Below, in pieces: positions 40,729 to 50,297 of a stretch of 64,000 nucleotides of DNA. Source of the stretch: Nitrospirota bacterium (GTDB lineage: Bacteria > Nitrospirota > UBA9217); contig CAVVOB010000028.1 of assembly GCA_963749655.1 (NCBI GenBank), forward strand, positions 160,001 to 224,000, written 5' to 3'. The notes beneath the pieces are model-generated. The model saw only the letters and a program-made list of their open reading frames with translations. It was not told where the DNA came from and searched no databases. Within the stretch, counting starts at the first letter, position 1, and each line of letters starts with the position of its first letter. The position numbers and the translations under genes are program-made.

Positions 40729-41754
40729 CTACAGCTTTACTTCCCGCAGATACTTTGCCGCGTCCTCGGGCGGCGTAGGATTGATATAGAAGCCCGAACC
40801 GCGCTCGAAACCCTCGACCCTGGTCAAACGGGGCATGATCTCCAGATGCCAATGGAAGTCGTCGTTCAGCGTGTGCCAGTGGCCGCGGCGGGGCACCCGG
40901 TTCGGCGCGGAATAGAGCATGAAGTTATAGGGCGGATTATGCAGGACGGCGCCGAGACGCTTGAGCGAATTCTTGAGCGTCCGGGAAAAATCCATGATCT
41001 CTTCCTTGGTGATGTCCACGTAGGAGCACAGGTGTTTCTTGGGATAGATCCAGATCTCGAAGGGATAGCGGGGCGCGAAGGGCACAATGACCAGGAAGTG
41101 ACGCGTTTCTTCGACGACCCGCTCCGGCGACGCCTGCTCCTGCCTGATGATGTCGCAGAAGATGCATCGTTCCTTGTAATCGTAATACGACTTTGCGCCG
41201 TCCAGCTTTTCCTTCACCGACTTTGGAATGACGGGCGTGGCGATGAGCTGGGAATGGGGGTGGTTTACGGCTGCGCCTGCAGTCCAGCCCTGGTTTTTGT
41301 AGACCAGTACGTAACGGAGGCGGCTGTCACGCTCGAGATCGAGGATGCGGTCGCGATAGGACCAGAGGACCTTCTCGACCTGGTTCTCCGGCAGGTCTTC
41401 AAGCCGGAGGCCGTGCTCCGGGCTTTCGATGATGATTTCGTGTGCGCCGATCCCGTTCATCCAGTCGTAGATGCCGCTGCCTTCACGTTCCAGGCTGCCC
41501 TCGATGTGAAGCACCGGGAACTTGCTCGGGATCACGCGCACCCACCAGCCGGTGGAGTTCGGAAGGGTCTTCTCGGGGCGGAACGATGCTATCTCGGGAG
41601 GGGTCTTCGCTTCGTTGCCGCTGCAAAAAGGGCATTCCTCCGGCGTCACATCGTCTGCAGGCTCTTCAAATGAATAATCTTCGGGTTTTTTCGGACGCTC
41701 GGTGGATACAATGATCCACCGGCCGACGATGGGGTCCTTCCGGAGCCGTGACAT
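40729..41754 (-). CDS. galT: Galactose-1-phosphate uridylyltransferase
   Basis: CPFC, GAHEIIIE, AGA..HPHSQ, CIFCD, FHWHLEI. Confidence 0.93.
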   Translation of the reverse strand: MSRLRKDPIVGRWIIVSTERPKKPEDYSFEEPADDVTPEECPFCSGNEAKTPPEIASFRPEKTLPNSTGWWVRVIPSKFPVLHIEGSLEREGSGIYDWMNGIGAHEIIIESPEHGLRLEDLPENQVEKVLWSYRDRILDLERDSRLRYVLVYKNQGWTAGAAVNHPHSQLIATPVIPKSVKEKLDGAKSYYDYKERCIFCDIIRQEQASPERVVEETRHFLVIVPFAPRYPFEIWIYPKKHLCSYVDITKEEIMDFSRTLKNSLKRLGAVLHNPPYNFMLYSAPNRVPRRGHWHTLNDDFHWHLEIMPRLTRVEGFERGSGFYINPTPPEDAAKYLREVKL

Positions 41755-41755
41755 A

Positions 41756-42133
41756 TCAGTTACCCGATCTGGCCCGCTGCTCGGTCAGAACCTTGTGGAC
41801 GATCCGTTTGAGCTCTTTGATCCGGATGGGTTTGTTGATATACTCAGCGGCGCCGAGACTCATGGCCTTGAGGTAGCTTTCCACTTCACCGTAGGCCGTT
41901 ACCATGATCACATCGGTCTTTGACCCCGTTTTGCGGATCTCCTGCAGCAGCTGGAGGCCGTCCATCACGGGCATCTTAATGTCGGTGATCACAAGGTGAA
42001 AAGGTTGTTTTTTGAACAGGATCAGCGCGTCTTCACCGGTGCTCGCAAGGGACACTTCGTACCCCTCGTCCGTCAATATGGTGTTAAAAAGCTCGCGTGC
42101 GCCCTCTTCGTCATCCACTACAAGAATCTTCAT
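41756..42133 (-). CDS. Single-domain response regulator
   Basis: ILVVDDE, ITDIKMP, MVTAY, YINKP. Confidence 0.92.
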   Translation of the reverse strand: MKILVVDDEEGARELFNTILTDEGYEVSLASTGEDALILFKKQPFHLVITDIKMPVMDGLQLLQEIRKTGSKTDVIMVTAYGEVESYLKAMSLGAAEYINKPIRIKELKRIVHKVLTEQRARSGN

Positions 42134-42260
42134 CTATTCTCCCGAATCCTGTGGTAAAGCAAAAATATCATAAAATCCGCGGCACGTCAAGGTGCAGGGG
42201 GGGCAGAAGCAAAAAAAAACGTGTAAAAAACGGACGTTTCCGCTGATCAGCAGCGACGGC

Positions 42261-43025
42261 TTATTGGTTCATTTGATACAGAAGGCGCAGCCCCTCAAGG
42301 GTGAGTTGAGGTCTGATGTCCCGGATGCTCCTGGTCTCGGGCGAAATGAGCTCTGCAAGGCCTCCGGTGGCGACGATCTTCGCATCCGGTGAAAGCTCCC
42401 GCTTCATGCGCTCCACGATGCCGTCCACGAGCCCCGCGTAGCCGTAGATGATCCCCGCCTGCATGGCACTGATCGTGTCGGGGCCGATAACCTTCTCCGG
42501 CTTGATCAGTTCGACGCGGGGCAGTTTGGACGCGCGCTGAAACAGCGCTTCGGCGGATATCTTCACGCCCGGACAGATCGCGCCGCCGAGATAGTTTCCG
42601 TCCTTCGTGACCGCGCAGAACGTCGTTGCCGTCCCGAAATCCACGATGATGATCGGCCCGCCGTACAACTTGTACGCAGCAGCGGCGTTTACGATCCGGT
42701 CCGCGCCGACTTCCTTCGGGTTATCATAGCGGATCGTGATTCCCGTCTTGAGCGCGTGCGTCACGACCATGGGCTCGATGCGGAAATACTTGCGTGAAAC
42801 CTCAACCATCACGGGCAGCAAGGGAGGCACAACCGTTGAGATGATGACGCCCGTGATCTGGGAGAATTCGGTGCCGGAAAATCCGAAGAGGTCCTTGAAG
42901 ATCATGGCGTATTCATCCGGCGTGATCTGCGTGTTCGTGCCGACGCGCCAGTTCTCGACGAGCCGTTCCTTGTCGAACACGCCGAGGACCACGTTGGTGT
43001 TGCCGATGTCGATGGCTAAAAGCAT
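42261..43025 (-). CDS. coaX: Type III pantothenate kinase
   Basis: IDIGNTN, VGADR, VDFGTATT, ATGG. Confidence 0.95.
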   Translation of the reverse strand: MLLAIDIGNTNVVLGVFDKERLVENWRVGTNTQITPDEYAMIFKDLFGFSGTEFSQITGVIISTVVPPLLPVMVEVSRKYFRIEPMVVTHALKTGITIRYDNPKEVGADRIVNAAAAYKLYGGPIIIVDFGTATTFCAVTKDGNYLGGAICPGVKISAEALFQRASKLPRVELIKPEKVIGPDTISAMQAGIIYGYAGLVDGIVERMKRELSPDAKIVATGGLAELISPETRSIRDIRPQLTLEGLRLLYQMNQ

Positions 43026-43041
43026 GGCACAACTCCTGAAA

Positions 43042-43175
43042 TCAGCCACGAATTTCACGAATTTTCACGAAGAAGACGTTTAAATCTGACGACATAAGGC
43101 AAAAGCTCTTGTCTTTACTAGTAGAAATCCTTCTCTAGCTTTCATTCGTGGAAATTCGTGTTAATTCGTGGCTGA
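43042..43175. repeat. Miniature element with inverted CACGAATT tandem arms (copy 1)
   Basis: tcagccacgaatttcacgaattttcacgaa ... ttcgtggaaattcgtgttaattcgtggctga. Confidence 0.8.
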
Positions 43176-43182
43176 CATGGTT

Positions 43183-44157
43183 TTACGATTTTTTCAGTAT
43201 CGTCACATCCCCCGCGGCCACCGTGCGCAGGGTCCCGTCGTCCTGCCTGATGACAAGCCTTCCTTCATCGTCGATCTGCTCTGCGATTCCGGCAATCGTC
43301 TCGCCGGTCCCGCCCACGGCAACACGGTTGCCTGTCGTGATATTGAGCCGTTCCCATTCTTTGAGAACAGCATGCGGGTGATCGAGAAACGCATGGTACC
43401 ACCGTTCAAGTTCCCTCAGAATCTCCTGCACCAGTGCTGCCCGGTTGAGGCGATGCCCGGTTTCGGTCTGGAGCGTGGTCGCGATCTGGCGGAGTTCTTC
43501 CGGCAGCTCACCGGTATCCATGTTCACGTCCACGCCGATTCCGAGCACGATGTGCCTGATCCGGTCCTGTTCGGCGCTCATCTCCGTGAGGAGGCCGCAT
43601 ACTTTCTTCCCGTTGATGAAGATATCGTTCGGCCACTTGATGCCGGCCGCAATTCCGCATTGTTTGCCGATGGCAGTCGCCGCGGCCACTGCACCCATCA
43701 AGGTAACGAGCGGCGCCTTGTGCAGTGGAACGTCGGGCCGCAGCACGACGCTCATATACAGATTGCCCTTCGGTGAGATCCATCGCCTGCCGCGCCGGCC
43801 TTTCCCTCCGGTCTGCGTCTCGGCGATCACGATCGTGCCCTCAGCCGCGCCGTGGGAAGCCAGCTCCATGGCTTGCGTATTCGTCGAGTCGACCTGCGGC
43901 AACAGACGCACGTCCCTGCCCATGACCCGGGTCCTGAGCCCTGCCGTGATATCGCTCCGGCGCAGCACATCGGGCTCGGATGTGATCTTGTATCCTCGGG
44001 ACGGGACCGCCTCAATGCCGAATCCGTCACGCTCCAGCGACTTGATATACTTCCACACCATGGTGCGGGAGATGCCGGTTTTCCGTCCCAGCTCCTCGCC
44101 GGAAAGAAATGCTGCCTGCGATGAACGAAGCAGGTTAAGGATTTTGTCTTTATACAT
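43183..44157 (-). CDS. birA: Bifunctional biotin ligase/repressor
   Basis: N-terminal HTH (SGEELG..SRTMVWK), STN, GKGRRGR, KWPND, GLLTE. Confidence 0.95.
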   Translation of the reverse strand: MYKDKILNLLRSSQAAFLSGEELGRKTGISRTMVWKYIKSLERDGFGIEAVPSRGYKITSEPDVLRRSDITAGLRTRVMGRDVRLLPQVDSTNTQAMELASHGAAEGTIVIAETQTGGKGRRGRRWISPKGNLYMSVVLRPDVPLHKAPLVTLMGAVAAATAIGKQCGIAAGIKWPNDIFINGKKVCGLLTEMSAEQDRIRHIVLGIGVDVNMDTGELPEELRQIATTLQTETGHRLNRAALVQEILRELERWYHAFLDHPHAVLKEWERLNITTGNRVAVGGTGETIAGIAEQIDDEGRLVIRQDDGTLRTVAAGDVTILKKS

Positions 44158-44161
44158 AGCT

Positions 44162-44238
44162 CGGGACCTGGGCTGGCTGCCGGAGACATCAACTTCGCCG
44201 TGCTCTCCTGGACCCTGTCAACAGGACCCCGGGCCCTG
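44162..44238. repeat. Degenerate heptamer inverted repeat spacer between nadC and birA
   Basis: cgggacctgggctggctgccggag ... ctcctggaccctgtcaacaggaccccgggccc. Confidence 0.4.
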
Positions 44239-45072
44239 TCACTTTATCTTCATACTGATATCCGCCGCCGGCGCGGAATGGGTAAGGCTACCCGAGGAAA
44301 TGAAGTCTACGCCGGTCTCAGCGATGGCGCGGACGGTTTCGAGCGTCACATTGCCCGATGCCTCGATAAGAGCCCGGCCGGCGATCAGCTTGACGGCCCC
44401 GAGCATAAGGTCGATTGGCATGTTGTCGAGCATGATGATGTCCGCCCCCGCATTCAAGGCCTCTCGGACTTCGTCCAGCGTTCCTGTCTCGACCTCAATC
44501 TTGAGCAGGTGGTGCGCCGACTGCCGCGCCCGCTCGACGGCCCGCGTGATGCCGCCGGAGGCTTTAATATGGTTGTCCTTGATCAGCGTGCCGTCGAAGA
44601 GGCCGAAGCGGTGGTTCTTTCCACCCCCCATGCGCACAGCATACTTTTCAAGCCGGCGCAGGCCGGGAAGCGTTTTCCGCGTGTCCAGGATCTCGGCCTT
44701 CAGGCCGTTGATCCGCTCCACGTATTTCGCCGTGAGCGTCGCAATGCCCGACAGGTGCTGGAGCATGTTCAGCGCAACGCGCTCGCCGGCAAGCAGTGCC
44801 CGCGTATTTCCCGACAGTTTTGCGATCTCCGTTACTGCGTGTATCCGTTCGCCGTCCCTTGCATAGGAGGCAAACTGGATCTCAGGATCGACACGTCGGA
44901 ACACTTCGCGCGCGATGTCCAGGCCGGCCAGGACCAGTTCCTGTTTTACCAGCACCACGGCTGTGGAGCTTGCATCCGGCCGGATCGTCGCATCGGACGT
45001 CACGTCGCCGTTGCCGATGTCTTCGGCAAGGGCGCGTTCTATGAGATCTGCAAGAGAGCGGTCTTTGTGCAT
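44239..45072 (-). CDS. nadC: Quinolinate phosphoribosyltransferase
   Basis: ERVALN, DTRKTLPG, HRFGL, IKDNH, MLDN, EASG. Confidence 0.95.
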   Translation of the reverse strand: MHKDRSLADLIERALAEDIGNGDVTSDATIRPDASSTAVVLVKQELVLAGLDIAREVFRRVDPEIQFASYARDGERIHAVTEIAKLSGNTRALLAGERVALNMLQHLSGIATLTAKYVERINGLKAEILDTRKTLPGLRRLEKYAVRMGGGKNHRFGLFDGTLIKDNHIKASGGITRAVERARQSAHHLLKIEVETGTLDEVREALNAGADIIMLDNMPIDLMLGAVKLIAGRALIEASGNVTLETVRAIAETGVDFISSGSLTHSAPAADISMKIK

Positions 45073-45089
45073 GATAAGAATGATCCGGG

Positions 45090-47823
45090 CTACCCCAGCA
45101 TCTTCAGGCTCTGTTCGAGCTTCTCCCGTTTTGCTTTGAAGTCTTCGAGCTTTGCCGTGTCCTTCTCGACCACTGCCTTCGGCGCCTTGTCAACGAACTC
45201 TTTGTTCGAGAGTTTCCTGGAGAACGTTTCGATGTCCTTGGAGATCTTCGCGATCTCTTTCTGGAGCCGGTCGCGCTCCTGGGTCAGGTCGAGGACCCCT
45301 TCAAACGGCACGTAGATTTCCGCCCCCTTGATCACTCCCGTGGCGGCTGCCTTGGGTTTTGCTTCACGAACACCGATACGAAGCTCATTGATACGCGCGA
45401 GCGTCTTCAGGTATCCGGCGCTTGCCGCCAGGTGCTCGCCGACCTTCGCGTCCTCGACATTCACGATCGCCTTGATCTGCAGCGAGGGCGCTATGTTCAT
45501 TTCTCCGCGGATGTTCCTGATCGCCAGGATCGCATCCATGACCATCTGCATGTCCTGTTCGATCCCGGCATCAATCAGTTTTTCATCGGCCTGGGGATAG
45601 GCTGCAACCATGATGGATTCGCATTTGCCTTCCTGCTTGTCATTCCGCATTCCCCATTCCGCATTCCGCACTGACTCGGGAAGGGTCTGCCAGATTTCCT
45701 CGGTAATAAAAGGCATGATCGGATGCAGCATGCGGAGCGTCGTCTCCAGAACGTGGGCGAGCACGGTTTGCGCCGCTTTTCGTTGAAGAGATCCCTTTTC
45801 CTCGTTTAACGCATTCTTTGAAAGTTCAAGATACCAATCGCAGTACTCATGCCAGATGAACTGGTACAACCCTGAGGCAACATCGTTAAACCGGTATTCC
45901 GTGAGTGCGGCCTGCATGTCCCGGGTCACGGAATTGAGACGCGAGAGAATCCATTTATCGGCAAGAGAGGTGTGGGGAGTCTCGAGCTCGGTGCTCGGAA
46001 CAAATCCCTCTTCCAGGTTCATGATAACGAACCGGCTCGCATTCCAGATCTTGTTCGCGAAGTTCCGGTAGCCCTCGATGCGCTCCGTGGACATCTTGAT
46101 GTCACGGCCCTGGGCCGCAATAGCCGTCAGCGTAAAGCGGAATGCATCGGTGCCGAACTGGTCGATCATCACGAGCGGATCGATGACGTTGCCCTTGGAC
46201 TTGCTCATCTTCTGGCCTTCGGCATCGCGAATCGAGCGCATGGATGTACACATGCCTGAAGGGCACTTCGTTCATGAAATGAAGCCCCATCATGATCATC
46301 CGGGCGACCCAGAAAAAGATGATGTCGAGGCCGGTCACGAGAACGGACGTGGGATAGTAGAACGCAAGCTCCCGGGTCTTCTCAGGCCATCCCAGCGTTG
46401 AAAAAGGCCAGAGAGCCGACGAAAACCACGTATCGAGTACGTCGGTCTCCTGACGGAGGTTCTTGTTCCCGCACTTCTGGCAGGCCGTCGGATCAGTGCG
46501 ACTGACCGTTATCGTGCCGCAGTCATCGCAGTACCAGGCAGGAATGCGGTGCCCCCACCAGATCTGGCGCGATATGCACCAGTCCTTGATGTTCCGCATC
46601 CACTCGAAATAGGTGTTCTCCCAGGGCTTGGGATAGAACCTGATCCGGTCTTCCTCAACCGCCTTGACCGCAGGCTCTGCGAGCGGTCCTGTTTTCACGA
46701 ACCACTGGGGAGACAGGAACGGCTCCACCACCGTCTTGCAACGGTAGCATTTGCCGATGGCGTGGTCGTGGTCCTCGGTTTTGATCAGGTAGCCCCGCTC
46801 CTGAAGCAGCTCGACAATCATACCGCGCGCTTTTTTTGTCGGCTTGCCTGCGACAAGTTTCATCACGTCGGGCAGCACATCGGGGATGTCGGTCAGGATC
46901 TCGGCCTTATCGTCGAGCATCTTGATGCGCGCCAGGTTAGGGATCTGGCGCTGGGCCGCCTCGGCGTCGTTGAAATCATGGGCCGGCGTCACCTTGACGG
47001 CGCCGGTGCCGAATTCGAGGTCCACGAGGATGGAATCACCGATGATCGGTACCTGGCGCGTGGTGAGCGGCAGGTCGATGGTCTTGCCGATGAGGTCCTT
47101 GTGCCGCGGGTCGAGTGGGTGCACGGCCACGGCAGTGTCGCCGAACATGGTCTCGGGCCGCGTCGTGGCCACCGTCAGCCGGATATTATGATCATGGCTC
47201 AGGGGATAGGCTATGTAATAGAGCTTGCCCTTCTCGTTCTCGTGTTCGACTTCGATGTCCGACAGGGCCGTATGGCAGCGCGGGCACCAGTTGATAAGCC
47301 GCTCGCCGCGGTAGATGAGCCCCTCTTCGTACAAGCGGACGAAGACCTCGCGCACGGCCTTCGACAGGCCTTCGTCCATGGTAAAGCGCTCGCGCTCCCA
47401 GTCGCAGGAGGCGCCGAGCCGCTTCAGCTGGCTGATGATCCTGCCGCCGTACTCCTTCTTCCACTCCCAGACCTTCTCGATGAACTTTTCCCTGCCGAGG
47501 CTGTGCCGGTCGATGTGGTCCTTCGCGAGCTGGCGCTCGACAACGTTCTGCGTGGCGATGCCCGCATGGTCCGTTCCCGGCATCCAGAGCGCGTTCCTGC
47601 CCGACATGCGCATCCAGCGGATAAGAATATCCTGAAGGGTATTATCGAAAGCATGGCCGACGTGAAGCTGGCCGGTGACGTTCGGAGGGGGAATCACAAT
47701 ACAGTACGGCGACCCGCCCTTGTCGACGTCGGCGTGAAAATAGTTTTTCCGGAGCCAGAAGTCGTACCACTTCTGCTCAACGGATTTCGGATCGTAGGAC
47801 TTGGATAGTTCCCTGATGGACAT
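45090..47823 (-). CDS. valS: Valine-tRNA ligase (frameshift near 46230)
   Basis: [33 protein letters not shown]-terminal coiled coil. Confidence 0.96.
45641..45672. repeat. CATTCCG heptamer array inside the valS coding sequence
   Basis: cattccg-cattccc-cattccg-cattccg-cact; encodes [10 protein letters not shown] in frame. Confidence 0.75.
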
Positions 47824-47903
47824 GCAAAGAGCTCCTTCTGTTCAAAACGTATTGATCGCGGAGAACGCGTCCATCCTGTCCCCCGGGAAATTGCCTCTTC
47901 AAT

Positions 47904-47929
47904 AAAAAATAGGGGAGCGAGTCCCCTAT
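47904..47929 (-). terminator. Intrinsic terminator after chemosensory operon/romR
   Basis: atagggga-ctcgc-tcccctat followed by T run on minus strand. Confidence 0.65.
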
Positions 47930-48035
47930 CTTGTCTGCGTGCTTCCTGCCTGCGCGCCGCTCGTATGCCCCTGGAGAAAACCGGCACCGCGCTGTGGAGG
48001 GTCCAGGGAAAACTGCATCACGAACGGGGCTTTTT

Positions 48036-49439
48036 TTACTGTAAAGCCTTCAGCCGCTCGATCTCTTCTTTAATCAGATTCTCCGCAAGCTGCGGGATCA
48101 CTTCCCAGGCAACCTGTTCGATGACCTCGCGGGCAATTTGCCGGGTGATGGCGCCCACGGCTTCCTGAATCCCCCGCCGTACTGTATCCTCCGAAATTTT
48201 CGGAATGGGCGGCGTCATGTCCTTGAAGATCTCGACGGCCATTTTCGAAATGGTTTCTTCAGCAATACCGCGGAGCTCCTCTGACGGGATCGCGGCAGGC
48301 CGGGCGGCGGAGACGCCCTCCAGGGATGCCTTCACGGTCTTGGCAGCGACCTCTTCCATCATGCTCCTGAGCGCGCCGTCCGATACCTGCGGAGCTGCGG
48401 GCTGGGGCATTTCGGAAAAGACCTCTCTGGCCATCTTGGCGACTTTCTCCTCCGCCATTCCCCACAAGTCGCTCGCTGAAAGTGAAGGTACGGGAATTTT
48501 CGCAATGGCTTCCTGCGCCATCCTTGCCATCGTTTTTTCCGCCATGATCCGCAGTTCCGCCTCCGGCAGTGCAGGCGCAGCAACAGCCGCCGGCGCCGGG
48601 GTAGCAGGCTTCTTCGGCAGTGTCGGCGTCTCAACAGGAGGCTCCATCTCCATGGCCGCGGCCAGCGATTCAAAGGGAACGATTTCGCCCTTCATGTCCT
48701 CTTCCGTATCAGAGAGACCCAATCCAGCCCGTATCTCTTCAACGGCCCTCGGGCCGGTCGGCAGGGCCTTCTCCACTTCCCGCGCCAGCGACGCTGCAAC
48801 CTCTTCGACCTCCGCTTCTACCTCGTAGACCGCGTCTTCGGAGATGGGCGGAGCGGGGGCTGCGGCAGCCGCTTTCCTGATCTCTGCATCACTCGGTGCT
48901 TCCTGGATTATCTCGAAAATGTCCGAAGGCGTTGACGGTTTTTTCGGCTTGGAGAACGAGGGCGGGGCCTCGGGAGCTGCGGCTTTCGGCACACGGGGTT
49001 CCGCGAACGGTTTCGACGCAGGAGGTTCCGGAGCCGCCGGACGGGGTGCCGGTTCAGCCAGCCGCGGCGGAGCGGCAGCGAGCGCCTTTTTGACCTTGCC
49101 GATCAGCTCCTGAGACTCGAAGGGCTTGGCGATATTGTCGAGGATCCCGGCCTGCTTGCCCTTTACGGAATCATATACATCGTCCCTGCTCATCATGAGG
49201 ATGACCGGCAGCGACGCCAGCTGGGGGGTCTGCTTCATGCGGGAAGCCAGGGCATACCCGTCGACGCGCGGAAGATCGACGTCGACAAGCACCACATCAG
49301 GGCTGACCCGCGCAGCCTCGCTCAGGGCCGTTTCGCCGTCACTGACGCAGAGCACTTCGTAGTCCCGTCCGGAAAACAGCATTTCCACCACCTTCTGGAT
49401 GGTGATGCTTTTATCGGCGAGCAGAATCTTAACCGGCAT
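48036..49439 (-). CDS. romR: RomR-like polarity response regulator (REC, Pro/Ala-rich linker, conserved C-terminal helix)
   Basis: ILLADKSITIQKVV REC; C-terminus REVIEQVAWEVIPQLAENLIKEEIERL; adjacent to valS. Confidence 0.75.
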   Translation of the reverse strand: MPVKILLADKSITIQKVVEMLFSGRDYEVLCVSDGETALSEAARVSPDVVLVDVDLPRVDGYALASRMKQTPQLASLPVILMMSRDDVYDSVKGKQAGILDNIAKPFESQELIGKVKKALAAAPPRLAEPAPRPAAPEPPASKPFAEPRVPKAAAPEAPPSFSKPKKPSTPSDIFEIIQEAPSDAEIRKAAAAAPAPPISEDAVYEVEAEVEEVAASLAREVEKALPTGPRAVEEIRAGLGLSDTEEDMKGEIVPFESLAAAMEMEPPVETPTLPKKPATPAPAAVAAPALPEAELRIMAEKTMARMAQEAIAKIPVPSLSASDLWGMAEEKVAKMAREVFSEMPQPAAPQVSDGALRSMMEEVAAKTVKASLEGVSAARPAAIPSEELRGIAEETISKMAVEIFKDMTPPIPKISEDTVRRGIQEAVGAITRQIAREVIEQVAWEVIPQLAENLIKEEIERLKALQ

Positions 49440-49878
49440 GGAGCAACCTTTCAAAGTCGAGGATCGTGACTTCCTGGTCGTCGTCGAAGACGACGCCGCG
49501 CGTAAGGTTTGGATCGATTCCCGGCGTCTTCGCGGCGGATATGGACGGTTCTTCGAGACTCACCATCTTGGTTACGCCGTCCACGATTATGCCGAAGGGA
49601 ACCTTGTTTTCTTCGAGTAAAATGATGCCCTGTCCCGGCGCGCTCGGTTCCCGGGTTTCGGCAGTGAACCCGATCGGGCCCGGCTTGCTCAGCCCGAGGC
49701 GCTGGGCCAGATTAAAGACCGGATAAATGGTCCCCCGGTAGTCGATCAGCCCGTCGATATAGGAATAGGCGAGCGGCACCCGCCGCGCCGGACGCCAGGG
49801 CAGGATTTCTATCGCTCCGCTCAAGCGTACGCCGAAAGACCGGCCGGCCAGGGAAAATATAAGATACCTGCTCGTCAT
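49429..49878 (-). CDS. cheW: CheW-like adaptor
   Basis: YLIFSL, GLIDYRGTIYPV, GIIVDGV. Confidence 0.85.
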   Translation of the reverse strand: MTSRYLIFSLAGRSFGVRLSGAIEILPWRPARRVPLAYSYIDGLIDYRGTIYPVFNLAQRLGLSKPGPIGFTAETREPSAPGQGIILLEENKVPFGIIVDGVTKMVSLEEPSISAAKTPGIDPNLTRGVVFDDDQEVTILDFERLLHAG

Positions 49879-50285
49879 GGCAGCAGCCCATCCTCGTTCA
49901 AGAGGAGTACCAGGCTGTCTTTGTGCCGAAGGATCCCGCGATAGTATTGCAGGCTCGGGTTCATGATGCCGGCCGGCAGGGGTGTCGCCTGCTGGGCCGT
50001 ATCCATGATTTCCGTAACCGAATCCACGAGGAGCCCCAGAACCCCTTTGGCGCAGCGGACAACCAGGAGCGCCGCGCCCGGCGGACCGGAAATCTTAAAA
50101 ACCTTTTTTACGTCCATCACCGGGATCGTTTTTCCGCGGTGCACGATCTTCCCCTCGAAAAGCTCCGTCAGTTTTGCGTCCTTCTGGAGATTGCGCGGAA
50201 CGGAGATCTCGATCAGCTTCGTGATGGGCAGGGCATAATTGTCGCCGCCCAGTGATAATATCAGAAATCGGGAGCTGTCGTCCAT
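49875..50285 (-). CDS. cheW: CheW-like adaptor
   Basis: YALPI, HRGKTIPV, GLLVDSV. Confidence 0.85.
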   Translation of the reverse strand: MDDSSRFLILSLGGDNYALPITKLIEISVPRNLQKDAKLTELFEGKIVHRGKTIPVMDVKKVFKISGPPGAALLVVRCAKGVLGLLVDSVTEIMDTAQQATPLPAGIMNPSLQYYRGILRHKDSLVLLLNEDGLLP

Positions 50286-50297
50286 AGGTTCCTGCGA

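Noticed and set aside
47824-48035. T-box riboswitch upstream of valS
   Set aside because: A terminator hairpin is present but there is no GGTGGNACC T-box motif
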